DNA of 64,000 bases from positions 98,084,001 through 98,148,000 of the forward strand of contig OZ024742.1 in NCBI GenBank assembly GCA_964016885.1, in the 5' to 3' direction. The DNA comes from Eledone cirrhosa (Eukaryota). Shown here piece by piece: positions 12,493-25,212 of this stretch. The position numbers and the translations under genes are program-made. How positions within the stretch are numbered: the stretch's first letter is position 1; each line of letters begins with the position of its first letter. Below the pieces are notes generated by a model. The model saw only the letters and a program-made list of their open reading frames with translations, ran no database searches and was not told where the DNA came from.

Positions 12493-12940
12493 TGTGTGTG
12501 TATGTATGTAAAACGGGGAAGTGTAAAGGTAATTAGAATGTTGGTTAGAATGCGTTGCAGTATTTTTTTCAGGTCTCTGAATTCAAATCCCGCCTAGTGC
12601 AAATTTGATTTTCATCGTTTCAATATCGATAACAAGTACCTGTAGTGTACTTCTTATATATCTCCTTCTCACTTCCTCTCCCTTGCTTTCTATCTTTCTC
12701 TGGTAGAGATATGCTTTTCTTTGGCCTGGAGAGGGATGGGCACCACCAGACTTAAAATGCCCTAGATACGCTGTTGGTCCATTCGACACCCCTATGAGTC
12801 CGAGAGGAGCTACAGGACCATAACTTGTTATATATATTTTTATATATAATGTGGTAAGAAACCAGATGCACCATATCGCAGCAGAGTACACGATACTTAG
12901 GGTAGCAGGGTGGGTAATAGGAAATTAATCGGATGTAGTT

Positions 12941-13004
<64 letters not shown>

Positions 13005-13120
13005 GTGAGGTTTTTTGACAAAATGAAAAATAAGCGAGGAAAAGTATAAAGAAAAAAAGATGAAATCGAAAATTTAACTGGAGTTTTATTTTAAAATATA
13101 TATATATATATATTTTGGTT

Positions 13121-13160
13121 CCTTTACCGGTTTCGCAGTTCTTCTGCTTTTCAAAAGTAG
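13121..13160 (-). ncRNA. Decayed minimal hammerhead motif
   Basis: Minus strand: CTT-TTGAAAA-GCAG(aagaa)CTGC-GAAAC(CG)GTA-AAGG. Two core mismatches; palindromic ACCGGT stem III. Confidence 0.5.
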
Positions 13161-15581
13161 AGTTGAGATGGAGGGTCTGTGGTTTTTCTCCCATCTGGTT
13201 GGTCTTTGAATGTTACTTGTTTTATATGGAAAAAAGTGGATCGAAACTTTTGAAAATTAATTTGGTCAGCGGAACCGACGGAAGTCGATCGTTTGTATAC
13301 ATGTGCATGTATCTGTGTCTGTTTGTCTGTCCATTACTTAGTATGATTGAATAAATAGTGGTGGCGCTCTTCTATGGCACCAGTCCAATGAATAAATTAA
13401 ATAAAAATAAAAACTATGAAATATTTCTTAGTCTTTTATAGCTTGGTGTTTATATGTCTTAAAATGATTCGTTTCACTCGTCTTTGTCCTTTGTTCAAAA
13501 CCAACGGTGGTTAACTTAGCCTTTCATCTCTTCAAGGTCGATAAAATTGTACCAGTCCAATAAAGGAATATATTTTCCCTCTATTCCTCTCAATCAATTA
13601 CTCTATTACTCTGAAAGAAATTGGATATGTTCAGATATGGAAAGACGTGATCTCCTCTAGGTTTAAAATACCCAACTGACGCTCTACGTCACTACAACCT
13701 ATCAGCAGTTACTGGTCCATACATACCATATTGACGTGTAAGTCAAATTAAATATTAACAGGCTAAGGTCACATTAACAATGTTTAGTTTCAATGCCATA
13801 TTGTACAGCAGAATACATCTAAAGTTTTGCCAAACCTGTATGTAGACGGATATAAAGTGCTTTGACGGTTATCAACGGGAAGCTATCTATATTTTGTTTC
13901 GTAGATACATATCATTATACTGAAGGTTAACAATTAGCTATTCTAATTTCTCACTAAAATAGCCCTAAACGGACCATTGAGAAGTTATATTTTCATAGGT
14001 TACTGTTACAATTCATAGCCAAAACTAAGTCATATAATTAACTTTTCCTCTAAGGATGACGAACAATTATTTGCAGAACGGGTAATAGACCCAGTGCTGA
14101 ATATTGTGAATAGAAATTGAATATCTTTAGTGTTTTGAAGAAGAAGGACAATGGCTGTCTGAGAAGTGTGATGGAAATATTTGTGGAAAGAATTAGAGGA
14201 AGAGGAAGATTAGAAAGACATGACTAAGGATGATGGAAGCAGGGAAAATGGAGACACGTGTTATGCCTACCATTAGGCTAACTACTACTTTGGCAAAAAA
14301 AAGTAACTGAAAATGCCTGTTTCTGTATATTTTCCGACATAAACAATATTATTCGTAATATAGTGTGTATTTATAACATTAATCTATTTTCCATAAATCT
14401 TATTTTATCATTTCCAAATATATTTCATATTTCCATAAATTGCAGTTAAGAATTTCTTCACGTAAAGTTTGTAAAAGTATGACTTCAGACATCATTATTT
14501 GTACACAATAGCCATAGACATGTCTTCAGATTCTAATAAATTTCATCTTATTTTCATTAATAATTTATTGAATGACCCAACACTTTATGCGTTCCAGAGG
14601 GAGGACCCCATGGAAATATATACAAGTTAGTGGTCATTTAAAATACAGAAAAATTCAAAGTTTTTACCATTATTGCTATATAAACAAGTCTGTAAACCAA
14701 GACCTGATGCTAATTTCTACTCTAGCATATCTTTTATTTCACCTTAGAGCTTTGCAACGTAATACATTAACAAATTGACGTAGACTTTATCACTATATGT
14801 TTTAATTTTTCTAATCCTATTCTCTACTCTTTTTTAAAATGTAATTGTATATTCATGAGCGTATGGGGTTCTTTAATGACTGGAATATAGGGTTTCATTT
14901 GACCATCATTTTACACAAGGGAATATGCAGATGCGAAGTTCTGATAAACAGTCTTTTTACAAAACGACACTAGATGTTTAGAACATGTCATACAACACGC
15001 ATTGTTAAAGGATGTTGTTTTCTACCTTTCTTCTGTCAAAACGTGAATTATTTCGTCAACATTTTTCCCAACAGATTTTAGGCAAGTAGAATTTCAGTAT
15101 CTAGTATTGCCGCTCTACCGCTCTCTTCTACGGCTTCTATATTTCTTGCTTACCCAAATTAATGGCCTTCTGTCCGCAGCATCGGGTGTAGTGCAGCTGC
15201 ATACTATCGCTTGTGGTTCTTATAGCTGCAAAAATATCGGCTCTCGTGACCGTGTCCATTGAGAAATGCGGAGACATGCTGCTGCGTAATTCAGTTCCTT
15301 CCCACTAAAATATAACATGATAAAACGCATGTTATATCTCAACGAATTACACATATATATCAAAGCCAATTAGCCACCATCTTTCAGCTTATGTTATGCT
15401 TATAAAATTGAATAAAATCACATAATTCAGCGGCATTATGAGGTCCAAGAGAAATAATATACGATTTCTCTGCTTTTTTCTTAAAGCTAGGATAAATTAA
15501 GGTGTCTCTATATACTGAATTAATGATTATATGTCACCACTCTATCTATAGACATACGTAAACATATTTTTATATATAGTA

Positions 15582-16564
15582 CTAGCAGTAAAGCCCGGCG
15601 TTGCTCGGGGTCGCTCAGTAGCTGTGTTAAAGTTACAATGTTAAGTTTCTTTCTTGGCTTAAAAACTGTAGTGTCTACTGTGCAGACTTGCATGTGGTGT
15701 TTTTGATTAATATTCCATCAACCAACAATATGCCTTATGAAGTTAAGAAAACATAACGATAACCCGAATGTTATAACAAAAGAGGATGCTGGGGATAGAA
15801 ACTGCACTGGTTATTTATTAACAAAGATCGAAAATGTAAACACTGCAACGCAGAGAAAAACATTAGCGTAACCAAATTATCAGTTATGTCTGTCTGCACG
15901 CCTATATCACCTCTCTGCACGACTGTCTGTCTGCACGCCTATATCACCTCTCTGCACGACTGTCTGTCTGCACGCCTATATCACCTCTCTGCAAGACTAT
16001 CTGTCTGCACGCCTATATCACCTCTCTGCACGACTGTCTGTCTGCACGCGTATATCACCTCTCTGCACGACTGTCTGTCTGCACGACTGTCTGTCTGCAC
16101 GACTGTCTGTCTGCACGCCTAACGACGAAATATTTGCTTGTTTTACGTAGTCTTTAAATAGACTTGTTTTCAAGTAAAAATATTGTTTTAAAATGCTTTT
16201 AAATGGAAATGAAGCAAAACGGAAGCTTAGTGTTCGAACTGATGAATTTCGCAGGTCACAACTGTTCGTGTATTGTGTTAATGTCATTTTAAACGCTGAG
16301 AAAGCCAGCGTAATTTTTTACGTAAGACGCTCAATGTAAACAGAACAAAGGTAAATAACTGATAACTTACGCTCAAAAATCGATACATTATATTCGATTT
16401 CGTCACATAGGGTGGCTCAATTTGAAATTTTTTTTTCCGATGTCTTCGCTAGGGCTCAATGTACAAGAATAGCAATTTCGGTGCAATTCCGTGAGAGATT
16501 CTAAGAGGAGATGTGTGCCAAAAATCGATAGACAGACAGACAACCACAGTTTTATATATATAGA
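15582..16564 (-). mobile_element. Non-autonomous Helitron
   Basis: Minus strand begins A|TCTATATATATAAAA and ends CCCGAGCAACGCCGGG hairpin ... CTAG|T. It sits between A and T with no target-site duplication. Confidence 0.8.
15887..16120. repeat. 37-bp minisatellite inside the Helitron
   Basis: Unit TGTCTGTCTGCACGCCTATATCACCTCTCTGCACGAC, about 5 copies, followed by 16-bp sub-units. Confidence 0.9.
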
Positions 16565-17028
16565 TATGAGAGAATATATCTAGATTTTTCGGTACCTCAG
16601 TATATACACACAAATCTAAACAACTTAACTAAATATACTGTATATATTTTTACCCAAATGGAAACATCTGACATCTTATGGGTGTGTAGGGCTAAAATAT
16701 CAAATATGACCATCCCTAGATTCGGTAAGTCAAGCGCTATTTGAATGATATCACGCTGCTGTTTCTAGCAAAGAGAGTAACCACATGAATGCTGCCCCGT
16801 TTGCGTGGCTGTAGAATTGCGAATATGATTGTGTGAGACCAGCTATGAATTAAATGGAAGTATGATTGGTTAAACATACTTCTAGGACAGACGTAGCCAG
16901 AGATGACCAAGGTGTTTCTTCTCAGCCAACAAATGATCAATAACATTACTAGTAGCAGGAAATATTTTACCCAGGAACTGGTTTGCTTAAATGCTTCATT
17001 TCGAAATGAATGTGTATATTTATATTTT

Positions 17029-17087
<59 letters not shown>

Positions 17088-17287
17088 AGAGCAAATGAAA
17101 TGTTTTGATGTTTGTGTCGGCCTTTTGTTGCTGGGTAATAAACAAGAATGAAAACATATTGGTGAACATAAGGTCATGAGGTAAGAGTTAAAAAGAAAAT
17201 CAATGACTAACACAGACAGTCATTTTAATGATAAGCGTACTAGTAATAATAATATTAACAACAAACGTACTAGTAATATTAATAATA

Positions 17288-17615
17288 ATGATGAAGACGA
17301 TGATGATGATGATGATGACGATGATGATAACGAGGATGATGATGATACTGATGGTGATGATGGTGATGATGATGATGATGGTGATGATGGTGATGATGGT
17401 AATGATGATGATGATGATGATGGTGATGATGGTGATGTTTAGGATGGTGATGGTGATGTTGGACATAACGGAAATAACAATAATATGAAATATGAACATT
17501 ATGAAAAACTTGAATATGTGCTTGTCTATTCGGTTAAACCCATGCCGTAATAAAAAAGATAACTGACGTAATAGAAACATCACCACCACCATGCCCACCA
17601 ACAACACCACTACCT

Positions 17616-17674
<59 letters not shown>

Positions 17675-17693
17675 GCTGCTGCTGCTACTACTG

Positions 17694-17728
<35 letters not shown>

Positions 17729-17744
17729 GCTACTTCTGCTGCTG

Positions 17745-17809
<65 letters not shown>

Positions 17810-17861
17810 GCTGCTGCTACTACTACTAGTACTACTGATATTACTACTACTACTACTACTG

Positions 17862-17910
<49 letters not shown>
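17288..17910. repeat. (GAT/GGT)n and (ACT/GCT)n trinucleotide microsatellites
   Basis: Seen directly; source of the poly-D, poly-M and poly-T ORFs. Confidence 0.95.
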
Positions 17911-18059
17911 AATAATTGTTTCATTAACTGCTATTGTTAATTTCTAGCAAAGAGAAATTTTGTTTTATACTTCAATAACAAGGTGTACACAGACCCATAC
18001 ACATACATAACCCCCCCCCCACACACACACATACTCACACGCACATATATATATATATG

Positions 18060-18125
<66 letters not shown>

Positions 18126-18183
18126 AGTATTTATATATATGTATATGCATACACTCACACATACATGTATAATGTATGTATAT

Positions 18184-18226
<43 letters not shown>

Positions 18227-20349
18227 GATATTTTATAACCAGGTATAAATAGAGTGGTATATAAAAAGCCTAACTATCTGAATGAATGTTATTGATGGGT
18301 ATGTTGTAGACATATCAACATTCACTGCAATCATTCTTTTTTTACTCATGAGCGAGGCATCTCATATTTTTTACTTCAATCTATTTGGTTAAAAATCGGT
18401 CCGACTGCTACTTCCTTGGTGCAGAAGAATTTAATGTGAAACTGTTTAATCAAATTTATTCTGGAATAATATTTTATTGGCGGGATGAAATGCCAATGGC
18501 GTATTTGTTCCGGCTTTTACATTCTGAATTCGATACTCGTTGAGGTTTACTTTCGCTTTCATTCTTCTGGCGTCGATAAAATAAAGTACCGATCTAGCGC
18601 GAGTCTTGGTTTAATCAACTTTACCGTACCCTAAAATTGGCTAGCCTTGCGCCTCAATTAAATGTCTATAATCTACAATATAAACAGATATACCACAATA
18701 ATAACTATTCCACCACTTCAGCAGCTACAACATACTGCAACAGCCACATCAACCCATATTGCAGTCATCACGTCACTATAACTTCTATTACGCTGCTACC
18801 GCTACCAATATATCAAACGATCTGCTATGAAGTTCCTTACGCCCCACTATCCAGCAATATGCCACTAAATCAACACCACTCTACTACAACATACACCACA
18901 GCACAACAACAGTCACCACTCCGTTACATCAGCCCCAACTACACTATAACTACTTCTATTCCTCTGCAACAGCCGCCACTCCACTACACCCCCTTATTAT
19001 ACTATAACAGTTACCACTACACCAACACATATACCAGTGAACTAATATTGTTATAATAGTTACATATGTGACAGAGGTAGTGTAATTGTGACTACAGTGG
19101 TATATTGGTCGACTGCTTGGTGTAGGGGTAATAGGAGTTATAAACAGTTTATTGCTACACACTTACAACCACTGAGATGTTAAAATAGTAACCATCAGAT
19201 CACTCAGTCAACCACCGTACCACTAGCCCTACATACAATGGTAACCCCATCATTTCAATCCAAGCCCCTACCTACAGAGCACCAGCTCTCGACCCCTACT
19301 GTAGTATTTATTCTATCATCACGCCACAAGCTCTCTCCCTGCAATGATAAATCTACTATCATTTCACAACAAACCACCACATACAGTACATCACTATGTC
19401 CTTCATCATACCATCCCCATCATGACCATTTCTAGACTACTACAATTTCACTACCACAGTGACAGCGTCCTCATCACCACCATTTACTTAGACGGCTGTC
19501 ATCAGCACCAATATCACCACCACGACCACCACCATCATCATCACCAACACCACAATCACCACGACCACCAGCACTAAGGCTACACCACTATCCCCATCGT
19601 CACAGTCCCACCGCCAACATGACTATTGCTACTCTACTTCAACTTCACCACAACGACGATGACCTCCAGCACCACCACCACCAATCAACCGTAACAGCCA
19701 GCACTACTTAATCAGTTCTCCAGGCTCACCACCACCTCCACTCAAAACAACACAAACAAATTAGTTGTAACATTCTATTGAAAATCTAAGTTAATTTTAT
19801 CAATTAGGTACAACACAAGCGTAGTAATTATTTCCTACAGCTTGATTAAATTGATGTGAAGTTTGCTTGAGTAGACTCTAGCATATATTTCACTTTCATG
19901 CTATTCTAATTGAGAAGATTTCCAACTCTGGTCTATATTTCATAGCTTCAGGTGATGAAATTAGCTTCTGCCAACATGCCGTGGAAGCTATATGCTATAA
20001 GTGGAATATTGAATGGACCTCTGTCTGTTTAGACGATGAGTGTTCCAGTTGTTCGATTAACGGAACAGCTTGTCGTGAAATTAACTTGTAAATGATTGAG
20101 AATTAAACAAACACGTGTACCTTTCATAAACCATGGAGCTGTACTTTCTAGGTAGACTGGAATATGAAATGAAGTTTTGTTAGTTTCGGTGTTTAGTGTA
20201 CCAGAATTTCGATTAACCAAACGGCTTTTTTCATGAAATCAACATGCGAGTGACTGAGTATTTCATAAGCATGAGCACCCCTATCAATCGGAGAGCTTTT
20301 GTTTCTGAGTGAAATTTAATTCTCAAGGAGAATCCGTGACATCCAATAA

Positions 20350-21050
20350 ATGAAAAGCTAACCTTCTTCCATACGTCTACTTTGTCTTGTATAGTAATGC
20401 TAAAAAGGTCAACTTGACCAACTTCTATTGACACTTGTCCAAGATGCCACGAAGCGACAGCTATGCTGCGATCGTATTATTTCGAAGCAAAACTCCTAAC
20501 CCTCTGGTCATGTTGCGTTCACATATATTTAAGACAGAAGGTATTTTTCTTAAATGAATAAACTAAAAATATCATAGTTAAGAATTTCATTATGGTTAAA
20601 CATTTACTATAGGAGTCGGTCAAACACAAGAACTATAGATAAAATTGGGCTGAAGTAAACTGCGTGGTAGACACATAGATAGATTGTACCCCCAATTCAA
20701 AGGTAAATTTGTCATATGTTGTTATACTGATTCGGTTTAGCATTTACATTGATATCGCTCATATCTATGGAATGCTCAATCACTTTCGCGTTAATTTCTG
20801 AGTTGATCTTTCAGTTGAATGAATAACTGATTACTCCTCACCCAAACCACCAGATGATATATCATTAATAATTTTTTGAAGAAAGAGCTGTTCTGCTAGA
20901 GAACAGGGTCACGGGTAGCAGATAGTGTTACGGCCTCCAGATATGATGGTTAATTGTGATATAAGTGGCAGATGCCGAACGAACAATCCCCCCCGGACCA
21001 ACAGCGGTAAACTACTAGGAGAGAGGAGCAATAGGTGACACATGTAACTA
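20350..21050 (-). mobile_element. Possible highly decayed DIRS1-like relic
   Basis: Minus-strand fragments PIAPLS**F and NHHIWRP (methyltransferase-like), then HDQRVRSFAS and LSLRGILDKCQ*K..LTF (tyrosine recombinase C-terminus-like). Many stops. Confidence 0.3.
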
Positions 21051-21074
21051 CCAAGAAAACTCTCACAGCCCAGT

Positions 21075-22050
21075 GAATTTCTGAGTGATTACCCTTCTTC
21101 AGTGCAGTTCACTGTTCACCTGCCAACTGTAAAAGCTAGAGAAAATATATGATATATTCTAAAATGTACAATGATTGATCGACCTGATTTGCATATTAGC
21201 AGACTGGCTGATCAGTCACACCTGCATATTAGCAGATCCACTGATCAGTCAGATTTGCATATCAGCAGATAGGACAGTCAGTTTCAAGTATACGAGCGAG
21301 TAATGGCTGGCTCTGCCATATTGAAATAACTAAAAAAAAAATTATCGCTCTACATGGCTGAATACAATAAATGTAATCTGAGTTTTTCGAATATTAGTAA
21401 TAATATTCGATTGATTTGCAATTATGCACACAAGTCACTTTATATTTTAGAAAATATATATTTTCACTAGCTCTGACAGTTGGCAGGTGAACACTGAACT
21501 GCACTGATGAAGGGTAATCACCCACAAACATTAGTGTCTGCAGTTCTTTTCCCATGCCAACACAAGAGCAAGAATGAAGGGCTCATTCTATTGACATGGC
21601 TTAAAAAGAGGCTTCTTTGCATAATTGCAAATAAATCGAATGTTCGAAAAACTCAAATTACATTTATGTATTCAGCCATTTAGAGCGATAATTCTTTTTT
21701 TTTGTTATTTGAATATGGCAAAGCCGGCCATTAACCACTCGTGTACGTAAAACTGACTGTCCTATCTGTTGATCAGTGGGTCTGCTAATATCTGTTGATC
21801 AGTGGGTCTGCTAATATGCAGATCTGACTGATCAGCCAGTCTGCTAATATGCAAATCAGGCCGATCAGTCACTGCATATTTTAGAAAATATCATAGCACT
21901 GACAGGTGAAGAGTAATCAGCCAGAAACATTAGTGTCTGCAGTTCTGTTGACATGCCAACACAAGAGCAAGAATGAGGGACTCATTCTACTGATATGGCT
22001 CATTCTACTGACATGGCTTAAAACTTAAAAAGAGGGTTGTCTGCATAATT
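21075..22050 (+). mobile_element. HHR-bearing retrozyme-like element: inverted copy plus ~1.4 tandem copies of a ~435-nt monomer
   Basis: The monomer starts at ~21433 and restarts at ~21867. 21075-21430 is an inverted copy. HHR remnants at 21078-21110(-), 21496-21546(+) and ~21905-21945(+). Confidence 0.85.
21496..21546 (+). ncRNA. Type I hammerhead ribozyme, G12C-mutated copy
   Basis: GAACTGCA-CTGATGA-AGGGT(aatc)ACCCA-CAAAC-A(TTAG)T-GTC-TGCAGTTC. Perfect 8-bp stem I. Confidence 0.8.
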
Positions 22051-22132
22051 TATATATGTATAAGATTTTAATATATCTCATATAAAATAATACAGCCGAT
22101 TATCCTTATGAAAAGATGGATTTTTACAAGAG

Positions 22133-22324
22133 GGCGGTGGATTGGCAGAATCGGTAGAGGGTCGGACGCCATGCTTTGACGTATAGAGTTACGGCCCTTG
22201 CCATTCTGATTTCAAATACCGCCGAGTTTAACTTTGCCTTTCATCCTTACGAGGTCGATAAAATAAAGTATCAGTAATGTACTGGTTAATTGCTGGCCTT
22301 GTGCCAAACGTAGAAACAATTATT
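22133..22324 (+). mobile_element. tRNA-derived CORE-type SINE (octopus OR-like), full length
   Basis: A-box-like TGGCAGAATCGG, B-box-like GATTTCAAATACC, CORE-like GCCTTTCATCC..GGTCGATAAAATAAAGTA, and tail GGCCTTGTGCCAAA..AGAAACAATTATT. Many related copies in the window. Confidence 0.85.
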
Positions 22325-23439
22325 TTTATAAGAAAAGGAAATAGAGGTTATTATTATGGTGGAAGAAAATTTAAGGTAAGATTTTAAGAAAAAAATATAT
22401 TAAAGTTATTGACAGAATATTTATAGGAATGTACGTATATAATTGTCCGGAACATATATGTAAGGGGTAAGAGAGAATGAAATAATTATATTTATTTTTA
22501 TTTATTTTATTATTTGATTATATATTTTGGAAGTTTTTATAACATAATTTGTGAATTATAAATAAATTAGTTAAAGTGAGAGAATATTAATTTTAAATAT
22601 GAGAGGTATCTTGTATACGACTGGGTCTATAGTATTGGTGTGTTCAATATATGGCTTAAGAATATGGAAGTAGTTCTATTTTAGTATAGAAAATGTATAT
22701 TATTTTGTATATTCTATAGTTGCATCAAGATAGAAATAAATTTACGAAATGTAATATTTATGTAAAGTTTAAATGTTACGTAAATATTAGATGCATACAT
22801 GTTTCTTTTCAAAGGAAAAGGTAACATCATTTTTCTTAGTTTACAGAGTTAAGTTATAGTTATATTTAACGTTTAGTCTCAAATTTATTTTCAAATTATA
22901 TTCTAATTGTATTATATGGAAAAATTATTTTATATATGATTCTAGAGTACATACGTTCTAGGATAAACATTTTATGTAAATATTTTGATAACATTACTTA
23001 TACCTATGCATAAATTTGATGATATTACGTATTTGTATGTATGGATTTAAAATACCTATAACGCCTACTAGAAAAAAGTTCAACAAACATCAAAAATAAC
23101 TTTAAAATTTAATGATATCATTAAAAACAACACAAAAAAAACAGCGAAGACATATCAAATGTAATTGGGCAAGATATAGAGGCTATATATAATATTTTCT
23201 ATAGATTATAGAAACTTCTAAATGTCTTGGACTGTCGATGCAAACAAGAATTAAATAATTCTTTTTTTTGTTTTGTTTATAGCATTCTTTCGATTGGTAA
23301 TTATGTGAAAAATGTTTTCAATACATAGATGACAAATTCTTGAGAGAGAGCCATATTCTGGAATGCGGGCGCTTTCGAAAACGTTCCCCAAGAGATCGAA
23401 TAGTCAATATTATTGTTTTTTGAGGACCAAATTAAATTG

Positions 23440-23499
23440 TATTTTATCTGATGAGACGTACCAAAATGTTTGTTCCTTTGAAATAAATATAATAAAATA
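23440..23499 (+). ncRNA. Hammerhead motif of the AUA-site family, decayed stem II
   Basis: TATTTTAT-CTGATGA-...-GAAAT(AAAT)ATA-ATAAAATA. Flanks are homologous to 49219-49323. Confidence 0.6.
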
Positions 23500-23731
23500 A
23501 ATATGGTTTTATAAACATAGCTTCCATTTGTTAATATTATTGATATTATAGTCAAGAAAAATATGTTGAGTGCTTCTAATCTGCTATAAACTAAATTTGT
23601 TGAAGAATCAACAAATTAAAAAAATCATTCCTAATATATATATATGAATGTAAACTGAGTTTTTATCCGTACCAGCCATCCGGCTGAGGCCATGCTGGGC
23701 ACCGCCTTTATAAACAATGCGGTCTTTATCA

Positions 23732-23789
<58 letters not shown>

Positions 23790-23798
23790 CTGTGTGTG

Positions 23799-23830
<32 letters not shown>

Positions 23831-24210
23831 TATGTACATATAGATATACATGTGTGTGTGTGAGTGTATGTGTGTGTCTGTGTGTGTGTCTGTGTGTGTA
23901 CATGTGTGTGTATATAAATATGTATATATATATATATATATACGCAAAGTCCTATTCAATCAACGGTCTTAAATTCTTGTTGTCTTCTTCAGACATATGT
24001 TCATAATGCACATATAAGAAAGTAAACAATTTTAAACATTTCATTTCACAATATTCTATATTTATTGGATATTTTGGTATATTTCTTTACAAATAGTTTT
24101 AGAAAGTTAATGTTCTTTGAGTTACATAAGACTTTCTCGGCGATTTACGTCCCTTAAGAGGATGAACTGCGGTAGAATGACTAGATTTTTTATTTTTAAG
24201 TCATGAATGT

Positions 24211-24274
<64 letters not shown>

Positions 24275-24547
24275 CATATATAAGCAGTTATATATTTATT
24301 TATACATGTTTTTATACATAGATGCAGAAAACAAACATAATAGTAAAAGAAAGACATTTAAGTAAAAGACATTTCATCTTAGTCACCATCAACTTTAGCA
24401 TGAGTGAAAGGTAGTGGTGGGTACAAGGAGTGAGTGGGGGAGGACAGTAAGGTGTGATTTGGGAACAAAGAAAATATGTTGAAATACTTATGGCTGGTTA
24501 CTGTCCCTAAGGTGTATGCTGTAGCAGTATTGCTTGCAGGAAAATTA

Positions 24548-25212
24548 ATAAATAATTATTTCTATTTTTAGCACAAGGGCAGTAATTATCCCCGTGCATT
24601 CCTGGTGCTTTATTTTATCGATCCTGTAAGGATGAAAGGCAAAGTTAACCTCGGCGGAAATTGAACTCAGAGCGTAAACGGACGTAACTCTATACTGCAA
24701 ATCCACGGGAAAATGAATAAATAATTGTTTCTACTTTTGGCACAAGGCCAGCAAATATCCACTACATTACTGGTACTTTAATAAATAATGTAATTACCCA
24801 GTACATTACTGGAAAATTAATAAATAATTGTTTCTACTTTTGGCACAAGGCCAACAATTACCCAATACATTAGTGCTACTTTATTGTATTGACCTCGTAA
24901 GGATGAATCGCAAACTTAACCTCGGCGGGATTTGACCTCAGACCGTAATAAATAATTGTTTCTACTTTTGGTACAAGGCCAGCAATTACCCAGTACATCA
25001 CTGGTACTTTATTTTATCGAACCCGTAAGGATGAAAGGCAAAGTTGACCTCGGCGGGATATGAACTCAGAATAGAAAGGGCCGTAACTCAAAGCATGACG
25101 TCCGACCCTATACCAATACTGCCAATCCACCGAATAAATAATTGTTTCTACTTTTTGGCACAAGGCCAGCAATTATCCAGTACATTACTGGTACTTTATT
25201 TTATCGACCCCG
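24548..25212 (-). mobile_element. Head-to-tail cluster of partial CORE-SINE copies
   Basis: The reverse-complemented SINE tail AATAAATAATTGTTTCTACTTTTGGCACAAGGCC recurs about 5 times (~24548, 24716, 24819, 24947, 25133). Confidence 0.85.

Noticed and set aside
15887-16120. CRISPR-like 37-bp periodicity
   Set aside because: Units are contiguous with no unique spacers; the context is eukaryotic and no cas genes are present.
17203-17947. Asp-rich and Thr-rich (biomineral- or mucin-like) ORFs
   Set aside because: Pure trinucleotide repeats with no signal peptide or splice evidence.
22133-22225. tRNA gene
   Set aside because: A and B boxes are present, but there is no cloverleaf and the sequence runs into the SINE CORE and tail.
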